A model generated the notes under the pieces. The model saw nothing but the letters and a program-made list of their open reading frames with translations, was not told where the DNA came from and made no database searches. From a virus, in the IMG/VR virus record IMGVR_UViG_3300044716_001642, positions 32,001 through 96,000 of that record: a stretch of DNA of 64,000 nt; one strand, given 5' to 3'. Made by a program: the position numbers and the translations under genes. Each line of letters starts with the position of its first letter. Position 1 is the stretch's first letter. Of this stretch, positions 8,607-18,491 are shown piece by piece.

Positions 8607-9668
8607 TTAATTTGTGAGTTCTAGGTTCTCTATGTTTTTAAGAGATTTGTTCAATAGGTTTTTAATGTAACCGTCGCATGAGTCAGCGTTTTTAATTTGA
8701 ATTAGAGCTTCTTTAAAGTATAAAGGGTTTCTTAGGGCATAGCTTTTAACCTCTTCGTATTTGAAAAATAAGGATATGAATCTTTCCTCAGAAAGCACAG
8801 GCAAGAAAAATCTAAGAAATTCTTTGTTTTTAGTGATGAAGGGAATCGAGCTTTGATAGGTATTCTCCACTGACAGAAAATTTTGAGCTTGTTTGAAATC
8901 TGATTTTTGAAAAATTTCTTTGAGTTTGTCTTCAACATTGCCAATGGAAATGGAAGTAATCAGTTTCGAAGGATTAGATTCGAGCGGAAGAACATCAAAA
9001 ACATCGCCGCCAAGATTATACATCTCTATTGCGTAGTCAAGACGCCTCGGGGAAACTAATAGTTGGGTTGATTTATTCAGTCCATTCCACCATTCGATTG
9101 CTGCTTTTCCGATTTCTGCGCCAAATTTTTTTGAAAAATAACTTAAGTCAGCCTGATATGGGAGTTTTATTTGGACCTGGAAACGATCCAATTGGGCAGG
9201 GTCAAGCTGCTCAACATCATAAGACTGATCAATCTCATCGTCACTGAATGGGTTAATGCCAACCCATACGGTTTTTAACGAAGGAAATTTTTTACCATTG
9301 ATGCTTTTAAATTGAATAAGTTCCATTGAGCCATTTCTGACTTTTTTATGTGTTCTATTGTACTCATCAATAAAAATTGCCTTTATGTTTTTTGTAACAA
9401 AATGCTTTGGCAGTACGAAATCAAGATAATTATTTCCATTTTCGTCTTTCTGCTCTCTTGGAACTCCTACAAAATCTATAAATGGGTCCATGGTTGAACC
9501 GGAAAGATAAAGCCAATTCCCCTCCCCAAACTCTTCATTGAAGACTTGAGTGATGATTGTTGTTTTTCCAGTTCCGGCTCTTCCTTCCAAGAGCACATTT
9601 TGATCATGTTTTAGATAGAACTTAAGTTTTGCTATTAACTTTTGGTAGTCGAAATTATGCTTTGACAT
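8607..9668 (-). CDS. MoxR-like AAA+ ATPase
   Basis: Walker A GRAGTGKT, Walker B FIDEYNR, LDPAQLDRF, VSPRRL. Confidence 0.85.
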   Translation of the reverse strand: MSKHNFDYQKLIAKLKFYLKHDQNVLLEGRAGTGKTTIITQVFNEEFGEGNWLYLSGSTMDPFIDFVGVPREQKDENGNNYLDFVLPKHFVTKNIKAIFIDEYNRTHKKVRNGSMELIQFKSINGKKFPSLKTVWVGINPFSDDEIDQSYDVEQLDPAQLDRFQVQIKLPYQADLSYFSKKFGAEIGKAAIEWWNGLNKSTQLLVSPRRLDYAIEMYNLGGDVFDVLPLESNPSKLITSISIGNVEDKLKEIFQKSDFKQAQNFLSVENTYQSSIPFITKNKEFLRFFLPVLSEERFISLFFKYEEVKSYALRNPLYFKEALIQIKNADSCDGYIKNLLNKSLKNIENLELTN

Positions 9669-9674
9669 GAAAAA

Positions 9675-9703
9675 AACATACGTAATTTTTTTCGGTATGT
9701 CAA
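9675..9703 (-). promoter_or_regulatory. sigma70-like promoter upstream of the MoxR ATPase
   Basis: TTGACA-17 nt-TATGTT on the minus strand, just upstream of ATG at 9668. Confidence 0.6.
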
Positions 9704-9704
9704 G

Positions 9705-11582
9705 TCATTTCAGAAAATATTCACCAGCCTTTGGATATGGCAAGCGAGTAAATTTATCTTCGGACAAATTGAATACATCGCAATTGTTGTCTTTTGCTAT
9801 TTTTTCAAATCTTTTGTATATGTTTTCTAAATAATTGGGGTCATTTTTTCCTCTTACTTTGACCATATAATCAGGATCTGACATTCCTCTATTTTTTATA
9901 TCTATTCCAATTCCATAGAAATGCGTATTTCCATTTTCATCTGGAATGTAACTCATATCAGCGCCCAAATAATATATCTGTTTTGGATTAAGATTATCTA
10001 AAGCCCAGTACGAAGCATTCAACATAATAGAAAATCCACATTCGCCTATGCCTCCGTATTTTCTGAGTGATGGTCCGTATATATTTGCATTTATTTCGAC
10101 CTGATTTTCCTTTATTAGATCCGGCTTAGAACCTTCGTAATCGTTTGGATGAATCCAATATGTCCATTTTTCAGTTAGAGCCCAAGCATTATTGACGGCA
10201 ATAATTGAATTGAAATATTTTTCATACTTTGAGACATCTAATCCGCTTTTTCCGCTTCCAATAATAAGGATTTTATCTTTTTCATTGCTTCTTCGAGTTA
10301 AAATTTTGTATTTTTTTAAAACATTGTCGGAAACAGCTTCTGTCTTTTTTAAATTTTCTATAGGGAATAATGGGCTTTTTTTCATCCATTTCTTAGATTT
10401 AGAATAAGGCCAAATTACAAAACTTTTTGGTTCTTGGTATGGGTGATAATAATTTATTTCGAACTCTGTTTCGTTTAATTTTTTGTTTAAAAAGTCAGGA
10501 GATTTTTTTATATTTAAATTTTTTCTTTCAATCGTATTTTCATTTGAATCTTTAATAAAAAAAGCTAAAAACGAAATATCATCCGCATAATCTACCAAAT
10601 TTATATCCCAAGTAAGCTTTACAGTAATTTTTTTCTTTATTAGTGACCACGAATCCGGGTCTGGATCAACTGGAGGCTCGTTGCACTCTACCGCGTCTTT
10701 ATGAAGAATATTTCTTTCGAAATCTATGCCTGAATAATTTTTATAATCTTCTAAGGTTCTCTCTGTTCCTAATGAAAAATTTTTAAGATCATAATCGGAA
10801 TTAAAGCCAAGTAAGCATTTCAATCTGTTTCTTGATTTAGACGATAAGACTGCGCTACTGTGATCCTTCCAATGCTTTGAGTATTCGTTTCTTATGTAAA
10901 AATGCCAAAGGAAAAAATCCACTGGATGATATATGTTATAACCACGAGTATAGAGCCTGATGAAAAGAGACGTTTCTTCCCCAGAAAAATAAAATTCTGG
11001 ATCGTATGGGACATCTTTTATAAGAAAACCTCTTCCAAAGAGGAAACCTGCAGCTAAATGTCTGGCTAAATATGGTTTTTTTCTAATTTCCCAATTGTCC
11101 AAAGTTTTTGGTCTCTGTTTTGTCATGCCGTTTTGAATAGCATAAACATGGATCACGTAAGTTTTTTTTTCCCAATCCTTTTCCTCGCTTGACGGATTGT
11201 ATGGGGGCGGATAAGACGTGTAAATAGCCTTATCATCATTAAGCGACTTCCAAGAGTCTATTAACTTTGAGTCCCAGTGTTTTATAAATCTAGAATGCGA
11301 GTCTATTTGTAAAGTGTATTCTTCGTCGGCATACATTTCATTAGTTTTGCTTCTAGCCCAACAAGCGCCAAGAGACTCCTTAAATGGAATATTTAAAATT
11401 TTGAATCTATTATCATTTTCATAACGATTGACTTCTAGAGAAAATTCGTCTTCCTCGCAGTATTGATTAACGATTGCAAATGTTAAATTTTCTGGAAATT
11501 CAGATTTAGAGATGCAGTCATCAATTGTTTTGCATAATTCGGGATCCCTATAAGATGCAATTTGAATAAATATTTTTGACAT
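9705..11582 (-). CDS. Gnt1-like (GT60-type) GlcNAc transferase fused to a C-terminal Maf/DUF115- or CST-like domain
   Basis: N-term IFIQIASYRDPEL, GACWAR, LQIDSHSRF..WD, AAGFLF, VPYDP.FYFSGEE; C-term ILIIGSGKSG, IAVNNAW, IYYLGADM. Confidence 0.8.
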   Translation of the reverse strand: MSKIFIQIASYRDPELCKTIDDCISKSEFPENLTFAIVNQYCEEDEFSLEVNRYENDNRFKILNIPFKESLGACWARSKTNEMYADEEYTLQIDSHSRFIKHWDSKLIDSWKSLNDDKAIYTSYPPPYNPSSEEKDWEKKTYVIHVYAIQNGMTKQRPKTLDNWEIRKKPYLARHLAAGFLFGRGFLIKDVPYDPEFYFSGEETSLFIRLYTRGYNIYHPVDFFLWHFYIRNEYSKHWKDHSSAVLSSKSRNRLKCLLGFNSDYDLKNFSLGTERTLEDYKNYSGIDFERNILHKDAVECNEPPVDPDPDSWSLIKKKITVKLTWDINLVDYADDISFLAFFIKDSNENTIERKNLNIKKSPDFLNKKLNETEFEINYYHPYQEPKSFVIWPYSKSKKWMKKSPLFPIENLKKTEAVSDNVLKKYKILTRRSNEKDKILIIGSGKSGLDVSKYEKYFNSIIAVNNAWALTEKWTYWIHPNDYEGSKPDLIKENQVEINANIYGPSLRKYGGIGECGFSIMLNASYWALDNLNPKQIYYLGADMSYIPDENGNTHFYGIGIDIKNRGMSDPDYMVKVRGKNDPNYLENIYKRFEKIAKDNNCDVFNLSEDKFTRLPYPKAGEYFLK

Positions 11583-11636
11583 AAAGCGTGTATTATATAA
11601 TATAATATAACATTATAATTAAATAATTAATTTTTT

Positions 11637-12581
11637 ATGAAAAAAGTTGCAGTTTTATCCAGATACAAAGAAAATAATAATTTTTGGCATGACTTGGTGT
11701 CTCAAAAATACGAAGTCATTGTTTACAATAAGCACAATGGGGACAACCTTCTTCCGAATATAGGCAGGGAAGGGCATACTTATCTAAATTATATAATTGA
11801 AAATTATGACAATTTGCCAGACGAATTACTATTTTCTCAATATGACCCAATTGATCATTTTAGCAAGAAAAGAAAAATTCCATTCGAGACCGAAATGAAT
11901 ATTTTCTTGAATAAAAATTTATTAGATTTTTGTGGGATAAGTCCGACTGACTTTGACATGATCGTGCGTAAAAGGACAATAAATTGGATTGGTTTTTCTA
12001 CAGAATTATACGGAAAATTTGAATCAAAAAAAATAAATGAATTACTTGCTTGTGGAGCAACGTTATACGGAATATTCAGAGTCTCTAAAAAGGCTATTTT
12101 AAGAAACAAAATTGATTTTTATAAAAAAGCTTTGGAAATGATTTCTAGAGGGGTTGATCCATATGAGGGGTATTACTTTGAAAGAATGTGGAAATTTATT
12201 TTTACAAAAATTGGATGTGAGCAAAAGCATTTGGAAATGTTTAATAATAAAATTTTTATGTTTGGATCGCTAGACCCCGATGCGCCATTTAGTAAAACTG
12301 AACAATGGAAATTAAATAATTATGGACATTTGAAGCTTTCTGAGGATGGAACATTAAGGTCAAATGGAAATATTTCATACTACTCTCACTTTAATGAAAG
12401 CTTTTGGACAACTAGAGACGGTTTTTTGTATCTGCTGGACGGATCTGGCGCAGCAACTTCCAGATTTCAAATACATGAAAGCGTTGATTTACAAGTGATG
12501 GTTGGCGACCAAAGTGTTGGGGGACCGAATGAATGGAGAGAAAGGATAATGAAATTATCTAAGCCATTTCTATTTATTTAA
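11637..12581 (+). CDS. DUF3431-like putative glycosyltransferase-related protein
   Basis: VYNK...LPNIGREGHTYLNYIIENYDNLPD..LFSQ.DP.DH; FERMW. Confidence 0.75.
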   Translation: MKKVAVLSRYKENNNFWHDLVSQKYEVIVYNKHNGDNLLPNIGREGHTYLNYIIENYDNLPDELLFSQYDPIDHFSKKRKIPFETEMNIFLNKNLLDFCGISPTDFDMIVRKRTINWIGFSTELYGKFESKKINELLACGATLYGIFRVSKKAILRNKIDFYKKALEMISRGVDPYEGYYFERMWKFIFTKIGCEQKHLEMFNNKIFMFGSLDPDAPFSKTEQWKLNNYGHLKLSEDGTLRSNGNISYYSHFNESFWTTRDGFLYLLDGSGAATSRFQIHESVDLQVMVGDQSVGGPNEWRERIMKLSKPFLFI

Positions 12582-12643
12582 AAAAATAATAATCTGAATT
12601 ATGGAAAAATTTGCCTTATGAATTTGTAGATCAATTTAAAAAA

Positions 12644-13984
12644 TTATTCAAAATCTTTCAATATGAAAGCATGCGAATCTTTTGGTATACAGGATTTGTT
12701 ATCTTCTGATAAAAACCAATACCATTTTTTCGCATCTTGAGGTTTTACATTTGTTCCATGCCCATCTGTCAAAACGAAAACAGCAGCAGGATATTTTTTC
12801 CCTTCTTTTTTAATTGATTTTTGGATGAAATTTTCTATTGAAATAAAACAAGTTCCTCCAAATCCATAAAGTTTTCCCGCGTTTACGTCGGCATCTTTCA
12901 GTTTATAAACCTGGGTATCAAAGCAATAATAGTGAACATTGAATTTTTCTTTTGGAAGTGAATTCGCTGCGCGCCAAAATCTTGGAGCTAAATCCGCACA
13001 TGAGCCTGAAGTGTCAAGCATCATCCAAACGTCTATTTTTTCATCTTTTGTTTTTTTGATTTCGTATTCGATTTCGGACGGAATAAAGAAATCGGTATTG
13101 ATTAAAGAGTTTCTGCGCGCCTTCACCAACCAGTGATTTTCTTCCCTTTCGGCTTTTCCGAATTTTAAACTCCACTTTTTAATAACGGTTTCCCATTTTT
13201 TCTTCTTTTTAGGTTTTACTTTTCCAAGCAATTTTACCATTCCGCCAGCCACATTACCTCTTGTTTTTGATTTTTCTTCTTTATTTTTAGACTCTTCATT
13301 TCTAGCCATTCTTTCGCATATATCTTTTAGGCTACCAGCTTCTTCTTCGGAAAGGGATTCAGCCAAGTCTTGAACCGCTTTTTCGCCATCTTCGCCATCG
13401 AAGGAATTAAGAGACTCATGCGAATTTGTTTCTAAATCTCCCTCTCCGGATTCTCCAGATCCCATGCCACAAATTGATATTTTTTCAACATCTGCATTTT
13501 CTTTTATTTTATTGAAATAAAATTCATACCCTTTATCATTTGGCACTTTTTCTTTTTTAAAGACGGTGTTTGCCCAGCAAAATTTATTTTTTGGATCTAT
13601 GTTTTTTCTATCAAAGCCAAAATATTTAACTAGCATTTCGTTAATTGGTATATCAAGGCAGGCATTTGTCAACTCTGGATTCAATTTGGTATTTATAGAG
13701 CAAGCCCTTTTCCCATGTTCAAGAATAACATGAAGACACTCATGACAAATAATAAAATTTTTCTTTTCTTGAGAAAGTTTATTCCAGAATTTTTTATTAA
13801 TCAAGAAGTCGATACATTGATTTTCTTTATTGAAGACTACGCAAGCAGTTGGAACATTTTTGGCGTTTGTATAAGATGGTCTAACTAGATCCCAAAATTT
13901 ATAGAAAACTCCGTGATGCTTGATAATGTCCCTAGATATTTCAGAAAATTCTGAATATTCAATTGGTTCATAAAAATCTTTCAT
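12644..13984 (-). CDS. Putative metallopeptidase (DUF2201-like) plus VWA domain protein
   Basis: HECLHVILEH (HExxH), MIDAS LDTSGS, GGTCF, VLTDG. Confidence 0.85.
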   Translation of the reverse strand: MKDFYEPIEYSEFSEISRDIIKHHGVFYKFWDLVRPSYTNAKNVPTACVVFNKENQCIDFLINKKFWNKLSQEKKNFIICHECLHVILEHGKRACSINTKLNPELTNACLDIPINEMLVKYFGFDRKNIDPKNKFCWANTVFKKEKVPNDKGYEFYFNKIKENADVEKISICGMGSGESGEGDLETNSHESLNSFDGEDGEKAVQDLAESLSEEEAGSLKDICERMARNEESKNKEEKSKTRGNVAGGMVKLLGKVKPKKKKKWETVIKKWSLKFGKAEREENHWLVKARRNSLINTDFFIPSEIEYEIKKTKDEKIDVWMMLDTSGSCADLAPRFWRAANSLPKEKFNVHYYCFDTQVYKLKDADVNAGKLYGFGGTCFISIENFIQKSIKKEGKKYPAAVFVLTDGHGTNVKPQDAKKWYWFLSEDNKSCIPKDSHAFILKDFE

Positions 13985-13999
13985 ACAGGAAGACTATAA

Positions 14000-14028
14000 T
14001 CTATACATGTAATTTGATAGCTTGTCAA
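14000..14028 (-). promoter_or_regulatory. sigma70-like promoter upstream of the VWA gene
   Basis: TTGACA-17 nt-TATAGA. Confidence 0.55.
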
Positions 14029-14042
14029 GTTAACAATTTTAG

Positions 14043-14588
14043 CTATTCGCAAGAATAATATTCAGTTTGTAGTTTTAAATTCACAGTAGAGGTATTGTCA
14101 GTAAAGCTTGAATCGTTGAATAAAACTTTATTGGTTGGCTGAATGGTTAATCTTCCATTGTGTAATTTTATAAATTTAAATTCCTTTGACTGCTCTGGTG
14201 CGTTTGAAAAACCGTCTCCAATAGGAGCAACTGTGAATAAATATTCACCATCTAGGAAATTATCTTTAATTTTGCATGAACAGCCTAGCCCTTTTAAATA
14301 GGTATACTCAACGCTTGTCCAATCATAACCGTAGCAATCCCATAATTGTGAGTCATCCGCCTTCCAAATTTTTTGCCTTGGGTTTTCTGAAAATGAAATT
14401 GTATGTGGGGGCAATGATCTGTAAACCGCGCCATTTTCAAACATTACATTCAAGCCCCAAGTCCTACCAGGAAAACTAACAAGTCCAAACCAAACCGCCC
14501 TTACAAATCCTGCAGAATTTTTATGAGTAAAATTGGAGTCAACCCAAATATACTGATGCTTAGGTATTGATCCAATTAAAGTATTCAT
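14043..14588 (-). CDS. Hypothetical phage protein
   Basis: 181-aa Trp/Gly/aromatic-rich ORF in operon. Confidence 0.65.
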   Translation of the reverse strand: MNTLIGSIPKHQYIWVDSNFTHKNSAGFVRAVWFGLVSFPGRTWGLNVMFENGAVYRSLPPHTISFSENPRQKIWKADDSQLWDCYGYDWTSVEYTYLKGLGCSCKIKDNFLDGEYLFTVAPIGDGFSNAPEQSKEFKFIKLHNGRLTIQPTNKVLFNDSSFTDNTSTVNLKLQTEYYSCE

Positions 14589-14848
14589 TTTTCAATATCA
14601 AAATCATCCACCTTACTTGTGAAGTCGTGCCGGTTTTCTACAATTAAATTGAATAAATTTAAAATTTCTTTTTCAAATTCTAATTGTTTATGATCTTCCA
14701 ATTTAGAAACCATAAAATCTATAATTGACACGCACATTCCTGCTACAGTCGCAGGGTCCAGACTTGCCGTATTAATTTGCCTACAAGCCGGCAATTCTTG
14801 ATCGACTATTCCCACTTCAAAAACTGGGAGAAAAGATACTTTATTCAT
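14585..14848 (-). CDS. Hypothetical protein
   Basis: 87-aa ORF with an ATGA overlap to the next gene. Confidence 0.6.
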   Translation of the reverse strand: MNKVSFLPVFEVGIVDQELPACRQINTASLDPATVAGMCVSIIDFMVSKLEDHKQLEFEKEILNLFNLIVENRHDFTSKVDDFDIEK

Positions 14849-14859
14849 GTTTTTTTTAT

Positions 14860-15447
14860 TTATTTTTCACAGCTTATCACCTTTTGACCATTAGAAAAAT
14901 TTATTTCATTTATTAAAACTTTATTCAAATCTCCTGGCGTAATACATTCAGTAACCTTTTTTTTAGAAGATGTCCAGTAATATTGTTCATTTTCTTTATA
15001 GAATCTATTAGTATTATCATTATCTCCTATTACGCACGTTGGTCTAACTATGCAGTTATTTTTATAGATTTCATTTACAAACTTCTCGCAAAGAGATTTA
15101 TTATACGCATAAGATTTCATAACCTCGTCTGCATATTCATGTAAAACAGAAATAGTGGATATGTATATATACTTATGACATCTTAAATATTTTGATATAT
15201 TAGACAATTGAATAACTTTGTAACCAGAAAAATCAAACACAAAATCATAGAAATCATTAAATATTATCTGGCAATCTTTTTCTAGGTTTCTGTCGCATTT
15301 TATTTTATTTAAATTTGAAAACAATTCAGGGTTAGATACTCCTCTATTGCATAGAGTTATCTTTTTGGTGTTTTGGCTACACTCTAGCTCCTCAACAAAG
15401 CTTCTACCAAGAAATTGCGTGCCTCCTAAAATTAATATATTTGACAT
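14860..15447 (-). CDS. NAD-dependent epimerase/dehydratase (short extended-SDR)
   Basis: ILILGGTQFLG Rossmann motif, NRG, YISTISV, YAYNK (YxxxK), IVRP. Confidence 0.8.
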   Translation of the reverse strand: MSNILILGGTQFLGRSFVEELECSQNTKKITLCNRGVSNPELFSNLNKIKCDRNLEKDCQIIFNDFYDFVFDFSGYKVIQLSNISKYLRCHKYIYISTISVLHEYADEVMKSYAYNKSLCEKFVNEIYKNNCIVRPTCVIGDNDNTNRFYKENEQYYWTSSKKKVTECITPGDLNKVLINEINFSNGQKVISCEK

Positions 15448-15461
15448 ATTTTATTTATAAA

Positions 15462-16415
15462 TTAGATAATATTTAAATCTTCTTTACTGGATATAAATTT
15501 CATTGGTTTTTTAAAAAAAACTTGATAATTCTTAGCTTTTTCCAAATTCCATGGATTTTTTGGATCCCAGTCTTCAAATAGGGGTAAACCATTCCTTATT
15601 TGATCTTCAAAGTCTTCGAAATTTTTATGTACAAATTGCACCGGATCAGAGTGAAACCAGTTGGTATTAACATACCTATTAAATGTGGCTGGCTGAACAC
15701 CATGATAAGATTTTTTCGATATTTTAAAAATAAATAAACTATTATTGATCGGCGGAATTGTTTTAATTATATTGCGACCACTCTCATGACTGTAAATAAA
15801 AGTTCCGCCGCCATCTTGCTCTTTTAAATCTTTCTTATTATTCAGATAAAATAAAAACGCTACTGATCTTACTGCATGCTCTACAGCATCTGGATCATAA
15901 TCCATATTAGTATGCGTATATAATCTATTATTAAATTGCATATTGTTTAAATAGTTGCTTTCGCTCTCGTTTTTTGTGAATTTACATACATTTAAATCGG
16001 TATGAGGCCAGCCTAGTACCGACGGATTGTCAATTTGCCCTTCGTGCAAATGGCAAGATGAAGAGAAAAATCTTGTTAATTGTAAATCAAAAATTCTGGA
16101 AATAAAGTTTTTAAAATTCTCAGATGTAAAAAAAGAATAGCCCGTGTTTTCAGCGGCTTTAGGATAAATATTTGCTATTTTGGCATATTTTTTTGAGGTT
16201 CCGCCCGCTGAATAACTATCATTACTAACTTTTGAACATAATTCATTTGCACGACCGCACATTTCTTGGTAAGTTTCTTCGTTAAATATATTAAAAAGCC
16301 TAATGTGTTCGTATGGGTAGGAGTAGTATTCACCACTAATATTGTTACTGAATATTCCAAGCCCTCTTAATGTATTTAGAAACTGCTGCAAAATGAAGTA
16401 TTTATTTATATTCAT
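15462..16415 (-). CDS. 2OG-Fe(II) oxygenase
   Basis: PHTD (HxD), RSVAFLFYLN, GGGTFIY, PINNSLFIF...SYHGV, R. Confidence 0.8.
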   Translation of the reverse strand: MNINKYFILQQFLNTLRGLGIFSNNISGEYYSYPYEHIRLFNIFNEETYQEMCGRANELCSKVSNDSYSAGGTSKKYAKIANIYPKAAENTGYSFFTSENFKNFISRIFDLQLTRFFSSSCHLHEGQIDNPSVLGWPHTDLNVCKFTKNESESNYLNNMQFNNRLYTHTNMDYDPDAVEHAVRSVAFLFYLNNKKDLKEQDGGGTFIYSHESGRNIIKTIPPINNSLFIFKISKKSYHGVQPATFNRYVNTNWFHSDPVQFVHKNFEDFEDQIRNGLPLFEDWDPKNPWNLEKAKNYQVFFKKPMKFISSKEDLNII

Positions 16416-16637
16416 ATTTTTAATTCAAAATTTTACAACCCAAAAATAAATACATTGAGATTATTAAAGATAGAATCAATATTAATTTAATTTTTATTTT
16501 CGTTGTCACTCTTTTTTTTATTCCAATTTATTTGGTCATAATTGTCATAATACTTTTTACTGATATTTCTTGGCTTGTCGCCTTTTCCGGCATCACTTTT
16601 TGATTTAAAAATAGAATCTTTATTGTTTGACATATTA

Positions 16638-16835
16638 TTATTTTATATTTTTATTCAATTTCAATAATCTTTCGAATCCTCTTCTGCAAGCAATGTCTCC
16701 TATAGCCCAATCATCTCTTGAAGTTTGCTTTTTTGTCCAATCTTCAATAGTTTTAACAGCATTGATTACTTTTTTTGGAACAATTGTTGCTCTTACGTCT
16801 GTGTTTTTATTTTCTTTTGCGCTTTTCATTTTCAA
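16638..16835 (-). CDS. Hypothetical protein
   Basis: 65-aa ORF. Confidence 0.5.
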   Translation of the reverse strand: MKMKSAKENKNTDVRATIVPKKVINAVKTIEDWTKKQTSRDDWAIGDIACRRGFERLLKLNKNIK

Positions 16836-16844
16836 AAATTATAT

Positions 16845-17399
16845 TTACCAAACCCATCCAGCTTTAGGAACGAATAAATTACCGCCTTGATGTTCTTTCC
16901 ATTGTTTGATTGGAGCAACTAAATCTTGATTGAGCCTTTGGGAAGCAAATCTTAAAATTCTTAAATTGGGCCACGCCATGGGTCTAACTTGGATAATTTC
17001 ATCAAGTGCTTCGACCGGAGTTTTACCCTGTAATACCCAAGCAATTATTCCTATTGCCGTTGATCTAGACACGCCAGCAAAGCAATTAATGCCAAGATTA
17101 TACACAGTACTGGAATCAACCAGCGGTTCGATAAAAGAAATAATATTGTTAACATGTTGTTCTTGTGGTCCTTGCTGCTCTATGTTTTTTTGAATGTATT
17201 CATCATTGTCTTCATCAGACCAATCATAAAAATATTGTGCAAAATGTTTAACATTTCTTTTGCATAAATTTCCTCTCATCATTCTGATTTTATTCTCGTC
17301 CTCTTCATCGACTGTAGAAATCCAAGCATTTTGCTTAAGTTCTTTGAAAGAACTGGATACAGCATCGGAAAGATCAGTTATCGTAACGCTATTTATCAT
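16845..17399 (-). CDS. Cys-dependent (CX5R) protein-tyrosine/dual-specificity-type phosphatase
   Basis: INCFAGVSRSTA P-loop; RP.AWPN. Confidence 0.85.
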   Translation of the reverse strand: MINSVTITDLSDAVSSSFKELKQNAWISTVDEEDENKIRMMRGNLCKRNVKHFAQYFYDWSDEDNDEYIQKNIEQQGPQEQHVNNIISFIEPLVDSSTVYNLGINCFAGVSRSTAIGIIAWVLQGKTPVEALDEIIQVRPMAWPNLRILRFASQRLNQDLVAPIKQWKEHQGGNLFVPKAGWVW

Positions 17400-17598
17400 T
17401 AAATTTATTTAAAAATTGGCCAAGATCCCAACTATAAACGCCGTGATCGCCATCATCGAGTATGGGACAAGTCTTTCCTCTCATGAAATTATCCCATTCT
17501 TCTCGTAATTCATTTGGAATGTTTATCAAAATTTCGCTTTCTTTAATGGCTTGAGCCTCTAAAGTTTTTTCATTTAAAATTTTTACCCAATCTTTCAT
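17389..17598 (-). CDS. Hypothetical protein
   Basis: 69-aa ORF overlapping its neighbours. Confidence 0.55.
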   Translation of the reverse strand: MKDWVKILNEKTLEAQAIKESEILINIPNELREEWDNFMRGKTCPILDDGDHGVYSWDLGQFLNKFNDK

Positions 17599-18080
17599 TT
17601 TATTAATGATAATGCTTTTTCAGTATTCAGAACGATTTGTTTGTATTCTTCTAGTTTATTAGCGAGGAAGTCTTTACCGACAATTGCTGGTTTCCCATGA
17701 TCTGTTACGACCAATTGGCAATCGATTCCCGTATTGATGATATAACCATATCCATCCATCTCCCATTGATGATTTAAAATTTCAAATTTATGAATAATTT
17801 TGCCAAATTCTTTTTCTATTTTTTTCTCAACCCCAGTTGAATGCGGCAAATCATCCCAAGATCCAATTATTTCTGGATACTTCACAGATGCTTCCATATA
17901 TTCATAATCATCAAGAGTGATGTTAAAATCCGTCGGGATATTTTCCATGGCTTCTTTAAAATTAAACTTACTTCCATCGCCGTAAGATGTTGTAAAATTA
18001 ATTTCCTGCAATTTGTTCTTTGCTTTAAGAAAAGCCACTTCTTTTTCTAATTCTTCTACTCGTTGTTCAATGTATTTCAT
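17595..18080 (-). CDS. Hypothetical protein
   Basis: 161-aa ORF. Confidence 0.6.
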   Translation of the reverse strand: MKYIEQRVEELEKEVAFLKAKNKLQEINFTTSYGDGSKFNFKEAMENIPTDFNITLDDYEYMEASVKYPEIIGSWDDLPHSTGVEKKIEKEFGKIIHKFEILNHQWEMDGYGYIINTGIDCQLVVTDHGKPAIVGKDFLANKLEEYKQIVLNTEKALSLIK

Positions 18081-18215
18081 AATAATCTCCTATATCGTAC
18101 TGCGTCCAAGTGTGTTTGTCTACTAAAATTTCAATCAAGCCTTCTGATTCATCTTCAACATAAAATGAATAGCGTTTAAAAAACCAAAAGCCCCAAACAT
18201 CTTTATGGTAAATTT

Positions 18216-18491
18216 TCATTTATATTGCTCAAGACCTTTCTCCAGAAGATCTGAAATAACTTGATTAATTGAAACGTCTTTGTCACAAGACTCTTGGATA
18301 AGAAATTCTAGAATTTCTCTATCAACCTCATTCAAATCGATATCAATAGTAGCAAATTTTTCAAGTAAAATTCCTTCTTCTGTTTCTTTAATAGAAAACT
18401 TGTCTCCTTGCTTAATATTAAGTTGCGCAAGTTCATCTTCTGTGAATTTAACACAGACATCTCCTGTTGGTTCTACTGTTTTTTTAATCAT
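18216..18491 (-). CDS. AbrB/MazE-like DNA-binding protein
   Basis: GDVCVKFTEDELAQLNIKQGDKFSIKETEEGILLEK fits the swapped-hairpin pattern. Confidence 0.5.
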   Translation of the reverse strand: MIKKTVEPTGDVCVKFTEDELAQLNIKQGDKFSIKETEEGILLEKFATIDIDLNEVDREILEFLIQESCDKDVSINQVISDLLEKGLEQYK

